A stretch of 64,000 nt of DNA, from assembly GCA_900617105.1 (NCBI GenBank), contig UYFQ01000001.1, positions 2,294,001 to 2,358,000 of the forward strand, in the 5' to 3' direction. Each line of letters opens with the position of its first letter. Position 1 is the first letter of the stretch. Source of the stretch: Hydrurus foetidus (Eukaryota). Made by a program: the position numbers and the translations under genes. Below, piece after piece: positions 50,057 to 60,321 of this stretch. Below the pieces are notes generated by a model, which was not told the DNA's origin, did not search any database, and was given only the letters and a program-made list of their open reading frames with translations.

Positions 50057-51790
50057 CTAGACGTTAGTGCAGCCTAACACCTCTTCGACCGATGTCATGC
50101 CTAGTTTAACTTTGTAAAGTCCCGATTGCCGCAGGCTTCTGACGCCTTCGCTTTCGGCTTGCGCGGCGATCTCAAGGGCGCTGCCGTCACGCAAAATAAT
50201 GCGCTGAATTTCCTCGGTGATAGGCATCACTTGGTAGATGCCGACGCGGCCCTTATACCCGTTGGTGCACATCGAACAACCGACCGGGCGATAAGGGGTC
50301 CAGCTACCGTCCACGTCGTCTTCGGCAAACCCAGCCTCAATCAGTGTCTCGCGCGGTATGTCGGCGGGTGCTTTGCAATTGGGGCATAGCCTGCGCGCCA
50401 GTCGCTGCGCAGTGATCAAAATCACACTCGATGCAATGTTAAACGGGGCAATGCCCATGTTGCGCATACGCGTCAGGGTGGTGGGTGCGTCGTTGGTGTG
50501 CAAGGTAGACAACACGAGGTGTCCGGTTTGCGCCGCCTTGATTGAAATGTCAGCTGTTTCAAGATCACGAATCTCACCGACCATGATGATGTCTGGGTCT
50601 TGACGCAAAAAAGCTTTCAGCGCGACGGAAAAAGTCATGCCGGCTTTTTCGTTCATGCTGACCTGGTTCACACCCGGCAAGGTGATCTCGGCCGGGTCTT
50701 CGGCGGTGGCAATGTTGACGCCAGGTTTGTTCAAAATGTTCAAACACGTGTAGAGCGACACAGTTTTACCCGAGCCGGTTGGCCCAGTGACCAGCACCAT
50801 GCCGTAAGGTCGGGAAATCGCGTCGAGCAAGCGAGCCTTCTCGACTGGCTCGTAGCCGAGTGCGTCAATACCCAGCCTGGCGCTACTCGGGTCAAGAATA
50901 CGGATCACGATCTTCTCGCCGAACATAGTCGGCAAAGTGCTGACGCGAAAGTCAATCACGCGGTCTGGCCCAATTTTGAGCTTCATTTTTCCGTCTTGCG
51001 GCACACGCTTTTCAGAAATATCGAGCTTGGAAATCACCTTGATGCGCGCCGCAAGTTTGTCTTTGATTGCGACCGGCGGCGAGGCAATTTCACGCAGCTC
51101 CCCGTCAACCCGGAATCGAACCCGATAGGTGTGTTCGAAAGGCTCAAAATGCAAATCAGATGCGCGCATACTGAAGGCATCCAGCAGCATTTTTTGCAAG
51201 AACTTAACGACCGGAGCGTCTTCAACCTCCGATGCGGTGGCGTCAGCGGACTCCGTTACCATGTCAACGGAAGCGTCGTCGAATTCAAAATCTTCGCCAA
51301 TGATGTTGTCCATCACTTCTGAAGCGCTGGTGGACGACAACTCCACCATTTTCGACAATTTATCGTATTCAGCAATGACCCAGTCCACCCCCATTTGGGT
51401 AGAAAATTTGATCTTTTCGGCCGCCTCCTGGTCTGAAGGGTCAGCAGTGGCTACCATCAAGCGATTGTTGCGTTTACTCAACACCACAATTCGGTAGGTC
51501 TGGCAAATTTTGGTGTCTAGCAAGCCTTTTGGCAGCCGCTGAGTGTCAATCGCGTCCAAATCCAGCACAGGCGCGGCAAAAGCCGTCGACATGGTGTGCG
51601 CCAAATCTAACGGGGAAACCGCGCCTGAACCGGTTAACTCGGCAATGAAGCTGGTGCGCGCTGACTTAGCCTTGCTGTTGATGTCGTCAGCGGCTTTTTG
51701 GCCGAGCTTGCCGGCAATCACCAAAGCTCTGCCAATGCCGGGCAACGCCGCGGCGGTAGCTTGTTTCGTTACTGCATCAACAACTGCCAT
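50057..51790 (-). CDS. pilB: Type IV-A pilus assembly ATPase
   Basis: ASDLHFEP, GPTGSGKT, FLRQDPD, STLHTND, GYKGRVG. Confidence 0.96.
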   Translation of the reverse strand: MAVVDAVTKQATAAALPGIGRALVIAGKLGQKAADDINSKAKSARTSFIAELTGSGAVSPLDLAHTMSTAFAAPVLDLDAIDTQRLPKGLLDTKICQTYRIVVLSKRNNRLMVATADPSDQEAAEKIKFSTQMGVDWVIAEYDKLSKMVELSSTSASEVMDNIIGEDFEFDDASVDMVTESADATASEVEDAPVVKFLQKMLLDAFSMRASDLHFEPFEHTYRVRFRVDGELREIASPPVAIKDKLAARIKVISKLDISEKRVPQDGKMKLKIGPDRVIDFRVSTLPTMFGEKIVIRILDPSSARLGIDALGYEPVEKARLLDAISRPYGMVLVTGPTGSGKTVSLYTCLNILNKPGVNIATAEDPAEITLPGVNQVSMNEKAGMTFSVALKAFLRQDPDIIMVGEIRDLETADISIKAAQTGHLVLSTLHTNDAPTTLTRMRNMGIAPFNIASSVILITAQRLARRLCPNCKAPADIPRETLIEAGFAEDDVDGSWTPYRPVGCSMCTNGYKGRVGIYQVMPITEEIQRIILRDGSALEIAAQAESEGVRSLRQSGLYKVKLGMTSVEEVLGCTNV

Positions 51791-51891
51791 TCGGCAAAAC
51801 TCCTAACAAAAACCAATCATCGCCGATAGGCGGGCCGCTGTAAACACCAACCACAGATTAGTTGCCTGCTGGGCAGCTCTCGGCAACCGCA

Positions 51892-52875
51892 CTAGGCTTG
51901 CCGACTAAGCAATTGTGACGCCAGTTGCTCGAGCGCCTCTCGGTATTTGCTCTCGGGAAGGTCTTTTAGCGCCTCGAGCGCGCGCTGTGCTTCAGCGGCG
52001 GCGGCCTGCTGGGTGGCGCCCAAGGCATCAGTTGCTTTGACGATCGCCATGATTTGCGGCATGTCAGCCGTACTGCCGGTCTGTATGGCACCGGCGATAA
52101 CGGCCCGGTCAGCTGGATTGGCACGCTGCATGGCGATGATCAGCGGCAAGGTGGCCTTGCCCTCACGCAAGTCATCACCCAAATTTTTACCCATCAGGTC
52201 GGCGTCGCCGTCGTAGTCGAGCAGGTCGTCTATCACCTGAAAAGCAGTGCCCAGGGCCTGGCCGTAGTGTGCGCAGGCTTGTTCAACTGCCGGAGGCGAC
52301 TTTGCAAGCAAGGCCGCCAAACGCGCGCTGGCTTCAAACAGTTTGGCCGTTTTAGACCGAATCACCCGCAGGTAACTGTCTTCAGAAAGGCTGGCGTCGT
52401 GCATGTTCATCAACTGCAACACCTCGCCTTCAGCGATGACGTTGGTCGCTTCAGAAAGGGTCTGCATAACGCGCATGTCGCCAACTTCCACCATCATCTG
52501 GAACGCACGCGAATACAAAAAGTCGCCCACCAGTACGCTGGCCGGGTTGCCGAAAGCGGAATTTGCGGTGGCTCGGCCGCGCCTCAGTGTGGACTCGTCC
52601 ACCACGTCATCGTGCAAGAGAGTCGCCGTGTGAATAAATTCAACTACGGCAGCCAAAGTCAAGCGGTGACTGCCTTCAAAACCCAAGGCACCACACGTCA
52701 AAAGCAACAGTGCGGGCCGCAAACGCTTGCCGCCTGCTGCCACCAGATATTCGGACACCTGGCTGACCAAAGGCACTTCTGACTGCAAACGTTGACGAAT
52801 AATCCGGTCAACTGCCAGCATATCCTCGGCAATCAGGTTCAAAACAGCAGCGGTACTTGTTGAATCGGCAGACAA
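51892..52875 (-). CDS. ispB: Octaprenyl diphosphate synthase (start uncertain; TTG 52875 chosen)
   Basis: GGKRLRP, LHDDVVD, KTAKLF, DDLLD, GDDLREGK. Confidence 0.92.
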   Translation of the reverse strand: MSADSTSTAAVLNLIAEDMLAVDRIIRQRLQSEVPLVSQVSEYLVAAGGKRLRPALLLLTCGALGFEGSHRLTLAAVVEFIHTATLLHDDVVDESTLRRGRATANSAFGNPASVLVGDFLYSRAFQMMVEVGDMRVMQTLSEATNVIAEGEVLQLMNMHDASLSEDSYLRVIRSKTAKLFEASARLAALLAKSPPAVEQACAHYGQALGTAFQVIDDLLDYDGDADLMGKNLGDDLREGKATLPLIIAMQRANPADRAVIAGAIQTGSTADMPQIMAIVKATDALGATQQAAAAEAQRALEALKDLPESKYREALEQLASQLLSRQA

Positions 52876-53057
52876 ATGAAACCCAGTTGGTGAACGTAAC
52901 AGAATTAACGGATTATAGAAAGCCAAACACTAAACCGGTGTGCCCACCTAAACCGTCAGACTCGGGTGTGGCTATTTACGCATCAACATGCTAGAATATA
53001 AGGCTCTGCAGAAATTGGTCTGCGGATCTCAATTGAACTTAATTGAAGAGGTCATAC

Positions 53058-53684
53058 ATGTACGCGGTCATAAAAACCGGCGGCAAACAATACAAGGTTG
53101 CTGCTGGTGAAAAAATTAAAGTAGAACAGATTGCTGCGGACGTAGGCCAAGAGATCGTTTTTGACCAAGTATTGGCTGTCGGTTCAGGCAGTTCACTCAC
53201 GGTCGGTACGCCCTTGGTGCTAGGTGCCACTGTTACTGTTACGGTTATCTCTCACGGCAGAGGCGACAAGGTTCGCATTTTTAAAATGCGTAGGCGCAAG
53301 CACTACCAAAAACGGCAGGGCCATCGCCAAAACTACACCGAGTTGTTTTTCGCGGAAATCGCGGACGGCAAAGGCGGCATAGTTAAAGCAACAGCACCAG
53401 TCGTTTTGGCAATTCCGTCATCAAGCGGTAAAGACGACATCGAAATCATCGAAGGCATTGGCACGAAGATTGCGCAAGTACTGATTGCCAACGGCATCAG
53501 CACCTTTGCCCAGTTGGCCGATGCAAAAGCTGACGCGATGACCGCCATGCTCAAAGCATCTGGCGGCAGCTTCAGTTTGGCTAATCCCGCATCTTGGGCA
53601 GAACAAGCTGCCCTGCTGCGCGACGGCAAGATGGACGAATTCAAAGCATTGACCGACGCATTGGTCGGTGGCGTCAAAAAATAA
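53058..53684 (+). CDS. rplU: 50S ribosomal protein L21 with ~105-aa C-terminal HhH-like extension
   Basis: [14 protein letters not shown]...[10 protein letters not shown], then [17 protein letters not shown]...GISTFAQLA...SWAEQA. Confidence 0.96.
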   Translation: MYAVIKTGGKQYKVAAGEKIKVEQIAADVGQEIVFDQVLAVGSGSSLTVGTPLVLGATVTVTVISHGRGDKVRIFKMRRRKHYQKRQGHRQNYTELFFAEIADGKGGIVKATAPVVLAIPSSSGKDDIEIIEGIGTKIAQVLIANGISTFAQLADAKADAMTAMLKASGGSFSLANPASWAEQAALLRDGKMDEFKALTDALVGGVKK

Positions 53685-53713
53685 GTCTTAGTAGACGTTT
53701 TCGGAGCACTTAA

Positions 53714-53983
53714 ATGGCACAGAAAAAAGGCGGCGGCTCTACGCGAAATGGGCGTGATTCACAGCCCAAAATGTTGGGTGTGAAAAAATTTGGTGGTGAA
53801 GTCATCAATGCCGGCAGCATCATTGTTCGCCAACGCGGCACTCGTTTTCACCCCGGTGTGAATGTTGGTATTGGTAAAGACCATACGCTGTTTGCGTTGG
53901 TTGATGGCCAAGTTTCTTTCGCCATTAAAGGCGCGTTGAACAAGCACACCGTTAACGTGACGCAAGTCGCTGCCTCGGCGTAA
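53714..53983 (+). CDS. rpmA: 50S ribosomal protein L27
   Basis: [29 protein letters not shown]. Confidence 0.98.
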   Translation: MAQKKGGGSTRNGRDSQPKMLGVKKFGGEVINAGSIIVRQRGTRFHPGVNVGIGKDHTLFALVDGQVSFAIKGALNKHTVNVTQVAASA

Positions 53984-54004
53984 ACATCGCTCTCAACAGC
54001 AACG

Positions 54005-54030
54005 AAGCCCCGAGAAGTCGGGGCTTTTTT
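54005..54030 (+). terminator. Intrinsic terminator after rpmA
   Basis: AAGCCCCGA-GAAG-TCGGGGCTT followed by a T run. Confidence 0.88.
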
Positions 54031-54095
54031 GTTTGTTGATGCTGTTTGCTCGCCAAGTGCGTTGCCTTACTATTAGCAGATAACCCCGAAACAAC

Positions 54096-55166
54096 ATGAA
54101 ATTCGTAGACGAAGCCTTTATTGATATTGCCGCGGGTGATGGTGGCGCCGGCTGCGTGTCTTTCAGCCATGAGAAATACAAAGAGTTCGGCGGCCCGAAC
54201 GGTGGCGACGGCGGACGCGGCGGCCATGTGTACGCCGTGGCCGATCTCAACTTGAACACGTTGGTCGACTTTCGTTTCTCGCGCCGACACGACGCTAAAA
54301 ACGGTGGCCACGGCATGGGCTCTGACATGTTCGGCGCAAAAGGCGACGACATTATTTTGAAAATGCCGGTTGGCACTATATTGACTGACGGCGAAACGGG
54401 TGAAGTGCTTTTCGAATTACTGGAACCCGGCGAGCAAATCCTGATTGCCAAGGGCGGCGACGGTGGTTTTGGCAACTTGCGCTTTAAAAGCTCAACTAAC
54501 CGGGCACCGCGCAGCAAAACGCCTGGCTGGCCAGGTGAGCGAAAAAGTTTAAAACTGGAACTGAAAGTACTGGCCGATGTTGGCCTGCTGGGCATGCCCA
54601 ATGCGGGCAAGTCAACTTTCATTACTGCAGTTTCCAACGCGAGGCCGCGCATCGCGGACTACCCTTTCACCACTCTGTACCCCAATTTGGGCGTGGTGCG
54701 GGTCGCGCCAGAGCAAAGCTTTGTGGTTGCTGACTTGCCCGGGCTGATCGAAGGCGCGTCTGAAGGCGCTGGCTTGGGGCATTTGTTTTTGCGGCACTTG
54801 CAGCGCACCCGGCTACTGCTGCACATTGTTGACCTTGCACCGTTTGACGACAACGTAGACCCGGTTGCGCAGGCCAAAGCCATCGTGGGTGAGCTGAAAA
54901 AATACGATGAGGCTTTGCACAAAAAGCCGCGTTGGCTGGTGCTGAACAAGCTTGACATGGTGGACGGTGACGAACGTGCGGCAAAAGTCGCCGACTTCGT
55001 CAAACGCTTTAAATTCAAAGGCCCGGTTTTTGAGATTTCAGCGCTGACTCGCGAGGGCTGCGAGCACTTGATTAAAACCATTTACCAGCATGTCAAGAAA
55101 GTTCAAAAAAGCGAGCAACCGGTTGAAGAAATCGACCCGCGCTTTATCGAGCTTCCACCTGAATAA
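54096..55166 (+). CDS. obgE: GTPase Obg/CgtA
   Basis: [37 protein letters not shown]. Confidence 0.97.
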   Translation: MKFVDEAFIDIAAGDGGAGCVSFSHEKYKEFGGPNGGDGGRGGHVYAVADLNLNTLVDFRFSRRHDAKNGGHGMGSDMFGAKGDDIILKMPVGTILTDGETGEVLFELLEPGEQILIAKGGDGGFGNLRFKSSTNRAPRSKTPGWPGERKSLKLELKVLADVGLLGMPNAGKSTFITAVSNARPRIADYPFTTLYPNLGVVRVAPEQSFVVADLPGLIEGASEGAGLGHLFLRHLQRTRLLLHIVDLAPFDDNVDPVAQAKAIVGELKKYDEALHKKPRWLVLNKLDMVDGDERAAKVADFVKRFKFKGPVFEISALTREGCEHLIKTIYQHVKKVQKSEQPVEEIDPRFIELPPE

Positions 55167-55174
55167 TTCATTTA

Positions 55175-55240
55175 GCTATTTATTTGATAGCTTCTTGCGC
55201 CTGTATTTATTGGTTTAAACGCTTTAAACATTTTGAATTT
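55175..55240 (+). repeat. Dispersed N7 element, copy 9, between obgE and proB
   Basis: GCTAT-TTATTTG-ATAGC-TTCTTGCGC-CTGTATTTATTGGTTTAAAC. Confidence 0.85.
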
Positions 55241-55246
55241 CGCCTC

Positions 55247-56389
55247 ATGCAAGACCCGCTAGCCCCCTCAGTACTGCTTAACGCCAAGCGAATTGTGGTG
55301 AAGGTTGGCTCCAGTCTGGTCACCAACGAGGGGCGCGGCCTTGACAGCCAGGCCATCGGCCAATGGTGCGAACAGCTGGCTGCTTTGGTCAAGGGCGGGC
55401 GCGAAGTCATCATGGTCAGCAGTGGCGCCATCGCCGAGGGGATGAAGCGCCTGGGTTGGGCCACGCGCCCAAAGGCCATACACGAACTGCAGGCAGCGGC
55501 TGCTGTGGGGCAAATGGGGCTGGTACAGGGGTATGAGACCAGCCTGCGGGAAAACGGCATTGGCAGTGCGCAGGTACTGCTGACCCACGCCGACCTGGCC
55601 GACCGCGAGCGCTACCTAAATGCGCGCTCTACCTTGCTCACGCTGCTCAGCCTGGGCGTGGTGCCGGTCATCAATGAAAACGACACAGTCGTCAATGACG
55701 AAATCAAATTTGGCGACAACGACACTTTGGGCTCGCTGGTCGCCAATCTGGTCGAAGCTGACGTTCTGATCATCTTGACCGATCAAAAAGGGCTGTACAC
55801 CGCAGACCCCCGCAAAGACCCCACCGCTACGTTTGTGCACACCGCCAACGCCGGCGATGCAGCGCTCGAAGCAATGGCGGGCGGCACGGGCTCCAGCATT
55901 GGCAGCGGCGGCATGATCACCAAAATTCTCGCCGCAAAACGCGCTGCCGGGTCCGGCGCGTCAACCGTGATCGCCTGGGGGCGTGAACCTTCGGTGCTCA
56001 TTAGGCTCACCACCGGCGAGGCCATTGGCACGTTGCTGGTCGCACAAACGCAAAAAAATCAGGCTCGCAAGCAGTGGATGGCAGACCACTTGAAACTGCG
56101 CGGCGCGGTGCTAGTCGACGCGGGCGCGGCAGCCAAGGTCAGCGGGGAAGACAAAAGCCTGTTGCCCATCGGCATGACAGCGGTGCAAGGCGAATTTTCG
56201 CGCGGCGACGTGATTGCTATTTTGGCCACCAACGGCCTGGAGATTGCGCGCGGCTTGTCTAACTATTCAAGCGCCGAAGCACGGCTGATTTGCCGAAAAC
56301 CCTCAAGCGAATTTGAACGCTTGCTGGGCTACACCGGCGAGCCAGAAATGGTTCACCGAACCAACCTTGTGCTGACCCGAGCTGCTTAA
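55247..56389 (+). CDS. proB: Glutamate 5-kinase
   Basis: VVKVGSS, VSSGAI, NENDTV, GDNDTL, GGMITK and PUA domain. Confidence 0.96.
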   Translation: MQDPLAPSVLLNAKRIVVKVGSSLVTNEGRGLDSQAIGQWCEQLAALVKGGREVIMVSSGAIAEGMKRLGWATRPKAIHELQAAAAVGQMGLVQGYETSLRENGIGSAQVLLTHADLADRERYLNARSTLLTLLSLGVVPVINENDTVVNDEIKFGDNDTLGSLVANLVEADVLIILTDQKGLYTADPRKDPTATFVHTANAGDAALEAMAGGTGSSIGSGGMITKILAAKRAAGSGASTVIAWGREPSVLIRLTTGEAIGTLLVAQTQKNQARKQWMADHLKLRGAVLVDAGAAAKVSGEDKSLLPIGMTAVQGEFSRGDVIAILATNGLEIARGLSNYSSAEARLICRKPSSEFERLLGYTGEPEMVHRTNLVLTRAA

Positions 56390-56443
56390 AACGAAGCTGC
56401 CACTTTGGCTGCCTTAAACCACACCCACAGTTCAACGTTGCAC

Positions 56444-57013
56444 TCAGTCAGCAAACCGAAGCGCCGGGTTTTTTAGCTTGGCGACCAGCTCTCGAACCGT
56501 CCCCACTGGCGCGCCTGAATCGCATGCGCCTGCTCTTGCAAACCGCAAAGGATGCCGAGGCGTGCTGACATCAAACAACGACCGCCACTTGGGGTCGGTC
56601 ACGCTCACCCAGCGCCCGTCTGGCGTGTAGCGTGCATAGGTTTTCACCTCGCCCGTTGAGCAACGCAGCCCCTCGTACATGATGTTTTTCGAACCGGTCG
56701 CGCTGAACGCCACTATCACGTAACGCACCACACCGTCTACTTTGGAGATCAACACGGTTGCAGGGTCTACGCCGTAAGTTAGCGCAGAATTGGAGCTGAC
56801 TTCAAAGGTGATGAGTTTGGCCACATCGAAAGCGGGCGGCGGCGGTACGTCGATCTCTTTCCAATCGGCAGCGTCGAGGTAAGCCTGCGCGTAAGCCGCG
56901 CCCCCCCCGGTGGTGTTCAAAGCGATAGCCAAAATAGCGGCCGTGAACACAGCTGGGCAAAGACGCAAACCAGCTGCGGTATTTTGCAAAAATTGCATAA
57001 AAGTTCGCGTCAC
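56444..57013 (-). CDS. CNP1-like exported protein
   Basis: [28 protein letters not shown]; between proB and rppH. Confidence 0.78.
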   Translation of the reverse strand: MTRTFMQFLQNTAAGLRLCPAVFTAAILAIALNTTGGGAAYAQAYLDAADWKEIDVPPPPAFDVAKLITFEVSSNSALTYGVDPATVLISKVDGVVRYVIVAFSATGSKNIMYEGLRCSTGEVKTYARYTPDGRWVSVTDPKWRSLFDVSTPRHPLRFARAGACDSGAPVGTVRELVAKLKNPALRFAD

Positions 57014-57660
57014 GGTTTGTTCAGTGGCTCAAGCGCACGCAAGTTGGTCTGCGGGTCAGGATCGAAAGACGCGCCAGGCGGCAACTCCAAAAAGTGTCCA
57101 CGGTGCGCCTGCTCGCCGCCCTCACGCAAATGCGACTGGTCTCGGTAGTGCGGTCGCATGTCATGGCGGTAGTCGCCGTGGTGGCCAAACTGCGGCACAA
57201 AACGCGCCAGTTCAGTCAATGCCATTTCGTACACGCCGCGCTTGAACTCAACCACCACGTCTAGCGGCACCCAATAATCGTTCCAGCGCCAGGCATCGAA
57301 TTCTGGGTGGTCAGTGGCGCGCAGGTTCAAATCCCAGTCGTGCCCAACCAGCTGGAGCAGAAACCATATTTGTTTCTGGCCCTTGTAATGTCCACGCGCA
57401 TCGCGGCGAATGAACCGGTCCGGCACCTCATAGCGCAACCAGTCGCGGGTTCGGGCCAACACATTGACGTGCTGCGGTAACAAGCCTACTTCTTCATGAA
57501 GCTCCCGAAGCATGGCTTGTTCGGGGTTTTCGCCCCGATCAATGCCGCCTTGTGGGAACTGCCACGAATGTGTGCGGATTCGTTTGCCCCAAAATACCTG
57601 ACTTTTCTGGTTGAGCAAGATGATGCCGACGTTAGGCCTGAAGCCATCACGGTCGAGCAT
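57010..57660 (-). CDS. rppH: RNA pyrophosphohydrolase
   Basis: [42 protein letters not shown]. Confidence 0.96.
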   Translation of the reverse strand: MLDRDGFRPNVGIILLNQKSQVFWGKRIRTHSWQFPQGGIDRGENPEQAMLRELHEEVGLLPQHVNVLARTRDWLRYEVPDRFIRRDARGHYKGQKQIWFLLQLVGHDWDLNLRATDHPEFDAWRWNDYWVPLDVVVEFKRGVYEMALTELARFVPQFGHHGDYRHDMRPHYRDQSHLREGGEQAHRGHFLELPPGASFDPDPQTNLRALEPLNKP

Positions 57661-57793
57661 AATCAAACCTCAAATTTTTAAACTAAGTGCATTATGCACA
57701 GCGAAGCACGCAATGCCAAGCGATAACCTTCGCGACAGCCGCCAACGCCATTGATCGCCAGTAAGCACTAACCGCAGCCCAGAAAAACAGCCC

Positions 57794-59620
57794 ATGAAAG
57801 CCTCGCAGTTTTACATTTCCACCCTCAAAGAAGCACCGGCTGACGCTGAAATTGCCAGCCACCAACTGATGACCCGCGCCGGCATGATCAAAAAACTCGG
57901 CGCTGGCATTTACAGCTACATGCCGATGGGGCTGCGCGTGATTCGCAAGGTTGAAGCCATCGTGCGCGATGAAATGAACAAGGCCGGTGCGGTTGAAATG
58001 ACGATGCCAGTGATTCAGCCTGCTGAGCTGTGGCAAGAGACCAAACGATTTGACGACATGGGCCCCGAGCTGCTGCGCATACAAGACCGCCATGGGCGCG
58101 ACTTTATCGTGCAACCCACCAGCGAAGAAGTAGCGACAGACGTGATGCGCCAGGACATCAAAAGCTATAAGCAGCTACCAAAAAATATTTACCAGATTCA
58201 GACCAAGTTCCGCGACGAACGCCGCCCCCGCTTTGGCCTGATGCGTGGGCGCGAGTTCATCATGAAGGACGCCTACAGCTTTGACCGTGATGAAGCGTCG
58301 GCCAAAGTCAGCTACCAAAATATGGCCGCGGCTTACCGCAAAATTTTTGACCGCTTTGGCTTGCAATACCGCGCCGTGGCTGCTGACAGCGGCGCGATTG
58401 GCGGCGACTTGAACGAAGAGTTTCAGGTGATTGCTGCCACGGGTGAAGACGCCATCGTGTACTGCCCCACAAGCGACTACGCGGCGAATATGGAGAAAGC
58501 CGAAGCGCTGGCGCCACAAGGCGAACGCAAAGCCCCGACGCAAGCGATGAACAAAATCGCCACGCCCGGTATACCGACTTGCGCCGAGGTTGCAGAGTTT
58601 TTAGGCATTCCCCTGGAATCGACAGTCAAATCGCTAATTCTAGCGGTCGATCCTGCTGTAGTGGCCAAAAGTCCAACCGGATTTTCGTCGTTTAGTGGTA
58701 TGCCAGCACGAGCAGAAATTTACTTGCTGCTCCTACGCGGAGATCACGAAATGAACGAGGTGAAGGTGCGAAAGATCGACGGTCTGGCTAACTTTCGCAA
58801 GGCTACCGCAGAAGAAATAGACGGTACTTTTGGCTGCCGACCTGGCTATCTGGGGCCCATTAATCGTCAGGGAAAGTGGCAGACAGCACCGAGGGGTTTG
58901 CTTGCAGACACAACTGACATGCAAGTACCGATTCAAATAATTGTCGACAGAGAAATCGTGGGGTTAAGGGATTGGGTTTGCGGCGCGAATGAGGCTGGGT
59001 TTCACCTGACTGGCGTCAACTGGGGCCGCGACTTGCCAGAGCCGACACTCATCGCCGACATACGCAACGTCGTGGCAGGCGACGCATCGCCAGACGGAAA
59101 AGGCATCTTGGCCATTGAACGCGGCATTGAAGTTGGCCACGTGTTTTACCTCGGCACCAAATACTCCAAGGCCATGAACGCCACCTTCTTGGGCGACAAC
59201 GGCAAGCCGCAGTTTTTGGAAATGGGCTGCTACGGCATCGGCATTACCCGCCTGCCCGCCGCCGCGATTGAGCAAAATCACGACGCCAAAGGCATCATCT
59301 GGCCGGACGCGATTGCACCGTTTACCGTGGTGCTGTGCCCCATCAGCCCCGACAGGTTCCCCGACGTCAAACTGGCCTCAGACAAGCTGTACGCCGAACT
59401 GATGGCCGCAGGCGTTGACGTGATTCTGGACGACCGCAACGAGCGCCCCGGCGCGATGTTTGCCGACTGGGAATTGATTGGCGTGCCGCACCGCGTGACG
59501 ATTGGCGAGCGAACGCTAAAAGAAGGCCAGGTTGAATACCAACACCGGCGCGATGAAGCCTCAACCCCGGTCAACACCGCGGATGCGTTCGCGTTTCTCA
59601 AAGGCAAGCTGGGCTTGTGA
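57794..59620 (+). CDS. proS: Proline-tRNA ligase
   Basis: [36 protein letters not shown] editing domain with GYLGP and GAN. Confidence 0.97.
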   Translation: MKASQFYISTLKEAPADAEIASHQLMTRAGMIKKLGAGIYSYMPMGLRVIRKVEAIVRDEMNKAGAVEMTMPVIQPAELWQETKRFDDMGPELLRIQDRHGRDFIVQPTSEEVATDVMRQDIKSYKQLPKNIYQIQTKFRDERRPRFGLMRGREFIMKDAYSFDRDEASAKVSYQNMAAAYRKIFDRFGLQYRAVAADSGAIGGDLNEEFQVIAATGEDAIVYCPTSDYAANMEKAEALAPQGERKAPTQAMNKIATPGIPTCAEVAEFLGIPLESTVKSLILAVDPAVVAKSPTGFSSFSGMPARAEIYLLLLRGDHEMNEVKVRKIDGLANFRKATAEEIDGTFGCRPGYLGPINRQGKWQTAPRGLLADTTDMQVPIQIIVDREIVGLRDWVCGANEAGFHLTGVNWGRDLPEPTLIADIRNVVAGDASPDGKGILAIERGIEVGHVFYLGTKYSKAMNATFLGDNGKPQFLEMGCYGIGITRLPAAAIEQNHDAKGIIWPDAIAPFTVVLCPISPDRFPDVKLASDKLYAELMAAGVDVILDDRNERPGAMFADWELIGVPHRVTIGERTLKEGQVEYQHRRDEASTPVNTADAFAFLKGKLGL

Positions 59621-60246
59621 ATTCGACTGTTTTTAACAGGCGCCTAGCCCTGCAGTCCACATTAATCGGGTGTGGGCAGCTATTATTTTCAGAGCAATCA
59701 CATGCTGGTGGGCAACTTGAAGAGCCGATGATTGACTCGGTTCGCACCGCGCTGTCGTCGGCGGTAACCAACAAAGCGCCACCCGTACCCGAATTCGACA
59801 ACACCGAAGCGCGGCTGAAGTATCTGCGCTGGTTGGCCGCCATGAGCGACCGTTTGTACAAGAAAAAACCAGACCTGCAAATTCGCAAAGAATTTTTGCA
59901 AACGGTTTGGTACGAAAGCAAGCGCGCCGGGCTTGATTTGGCGCTGGTCCTCGGTTTGATTCAGGTTGAAAGCAATTTCAGAAAATTTGCCGTCAGTGTG
60001 GTGGGTGCGCGCGGCTACATGCAGGTCATGCCGTTTTGGACCCGCGTGATTGGCGACAGTGACCCGTCAAAACTCTTTCACATGCAAACCAATTTGCGCT
60101 TTGGCTGCGTGATTTTGCGGCACTACCTTGACCGCGAAAAAGGCGATTTGTTTTTAGGCTTGGGCCGCTACAACGGCTCGCGCGGCAAAGCGCCCTACCC
60201 CGACGCCGTGCTGGGTGCCAAGAGAAACTGGGAATTCACCGCCTAG
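59617..60246 (+). CDS. Lytic transglycosylase (SLT domain)
   Basis: [25 protein letters not shown]. Confidence 0.92.
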   Translation: MNSTVFNRRLALQSTLIGCGQLLFSEQSHAGGQLEEPMIDSVRTALSSAVTNKAPPVPEFDNTEARLKYLRWLAAMSDRLYKKKPDLQIRKEFLQTVWYESKRAGLDLALVLGLIQVESNFRKFAVSVVGARGYMQVMPFWTRVIGDSDPSKLFHMQTNLRFGCVILRHYLDREKGDLFLGLGRYNGSRGKAPYPDAVLGAKRNWEFTA

Positions 60247-60321
60247 TAGCGAGGCAGCTACCGAGTTTTCGGCCCTGGCACGCGAGGCTGCAAAACCCCT
60301 GGCGCTAAATCATTTGTTGCA

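Noticed and set aside
51791..53057. Possible tRNA or structured leader RNA around ispB and rplU
   Set aside because: No cloverleaf, T-loop or CCA pattern recognised in these intergenic gaps.
55184..55246. N-terminal extension of ProB ([13 protein letters not shown]) in the ORF track
   Set aside because: It is repeat copy 9 read from a TTG; ATG 55247 fits the usual ProB start better.
56901..56908. C8 tract in the CNP1-like gene, and T8G6 at 63842-63855
   Set aside because: Too short to argue phase variation without read data; reading frames are intact.
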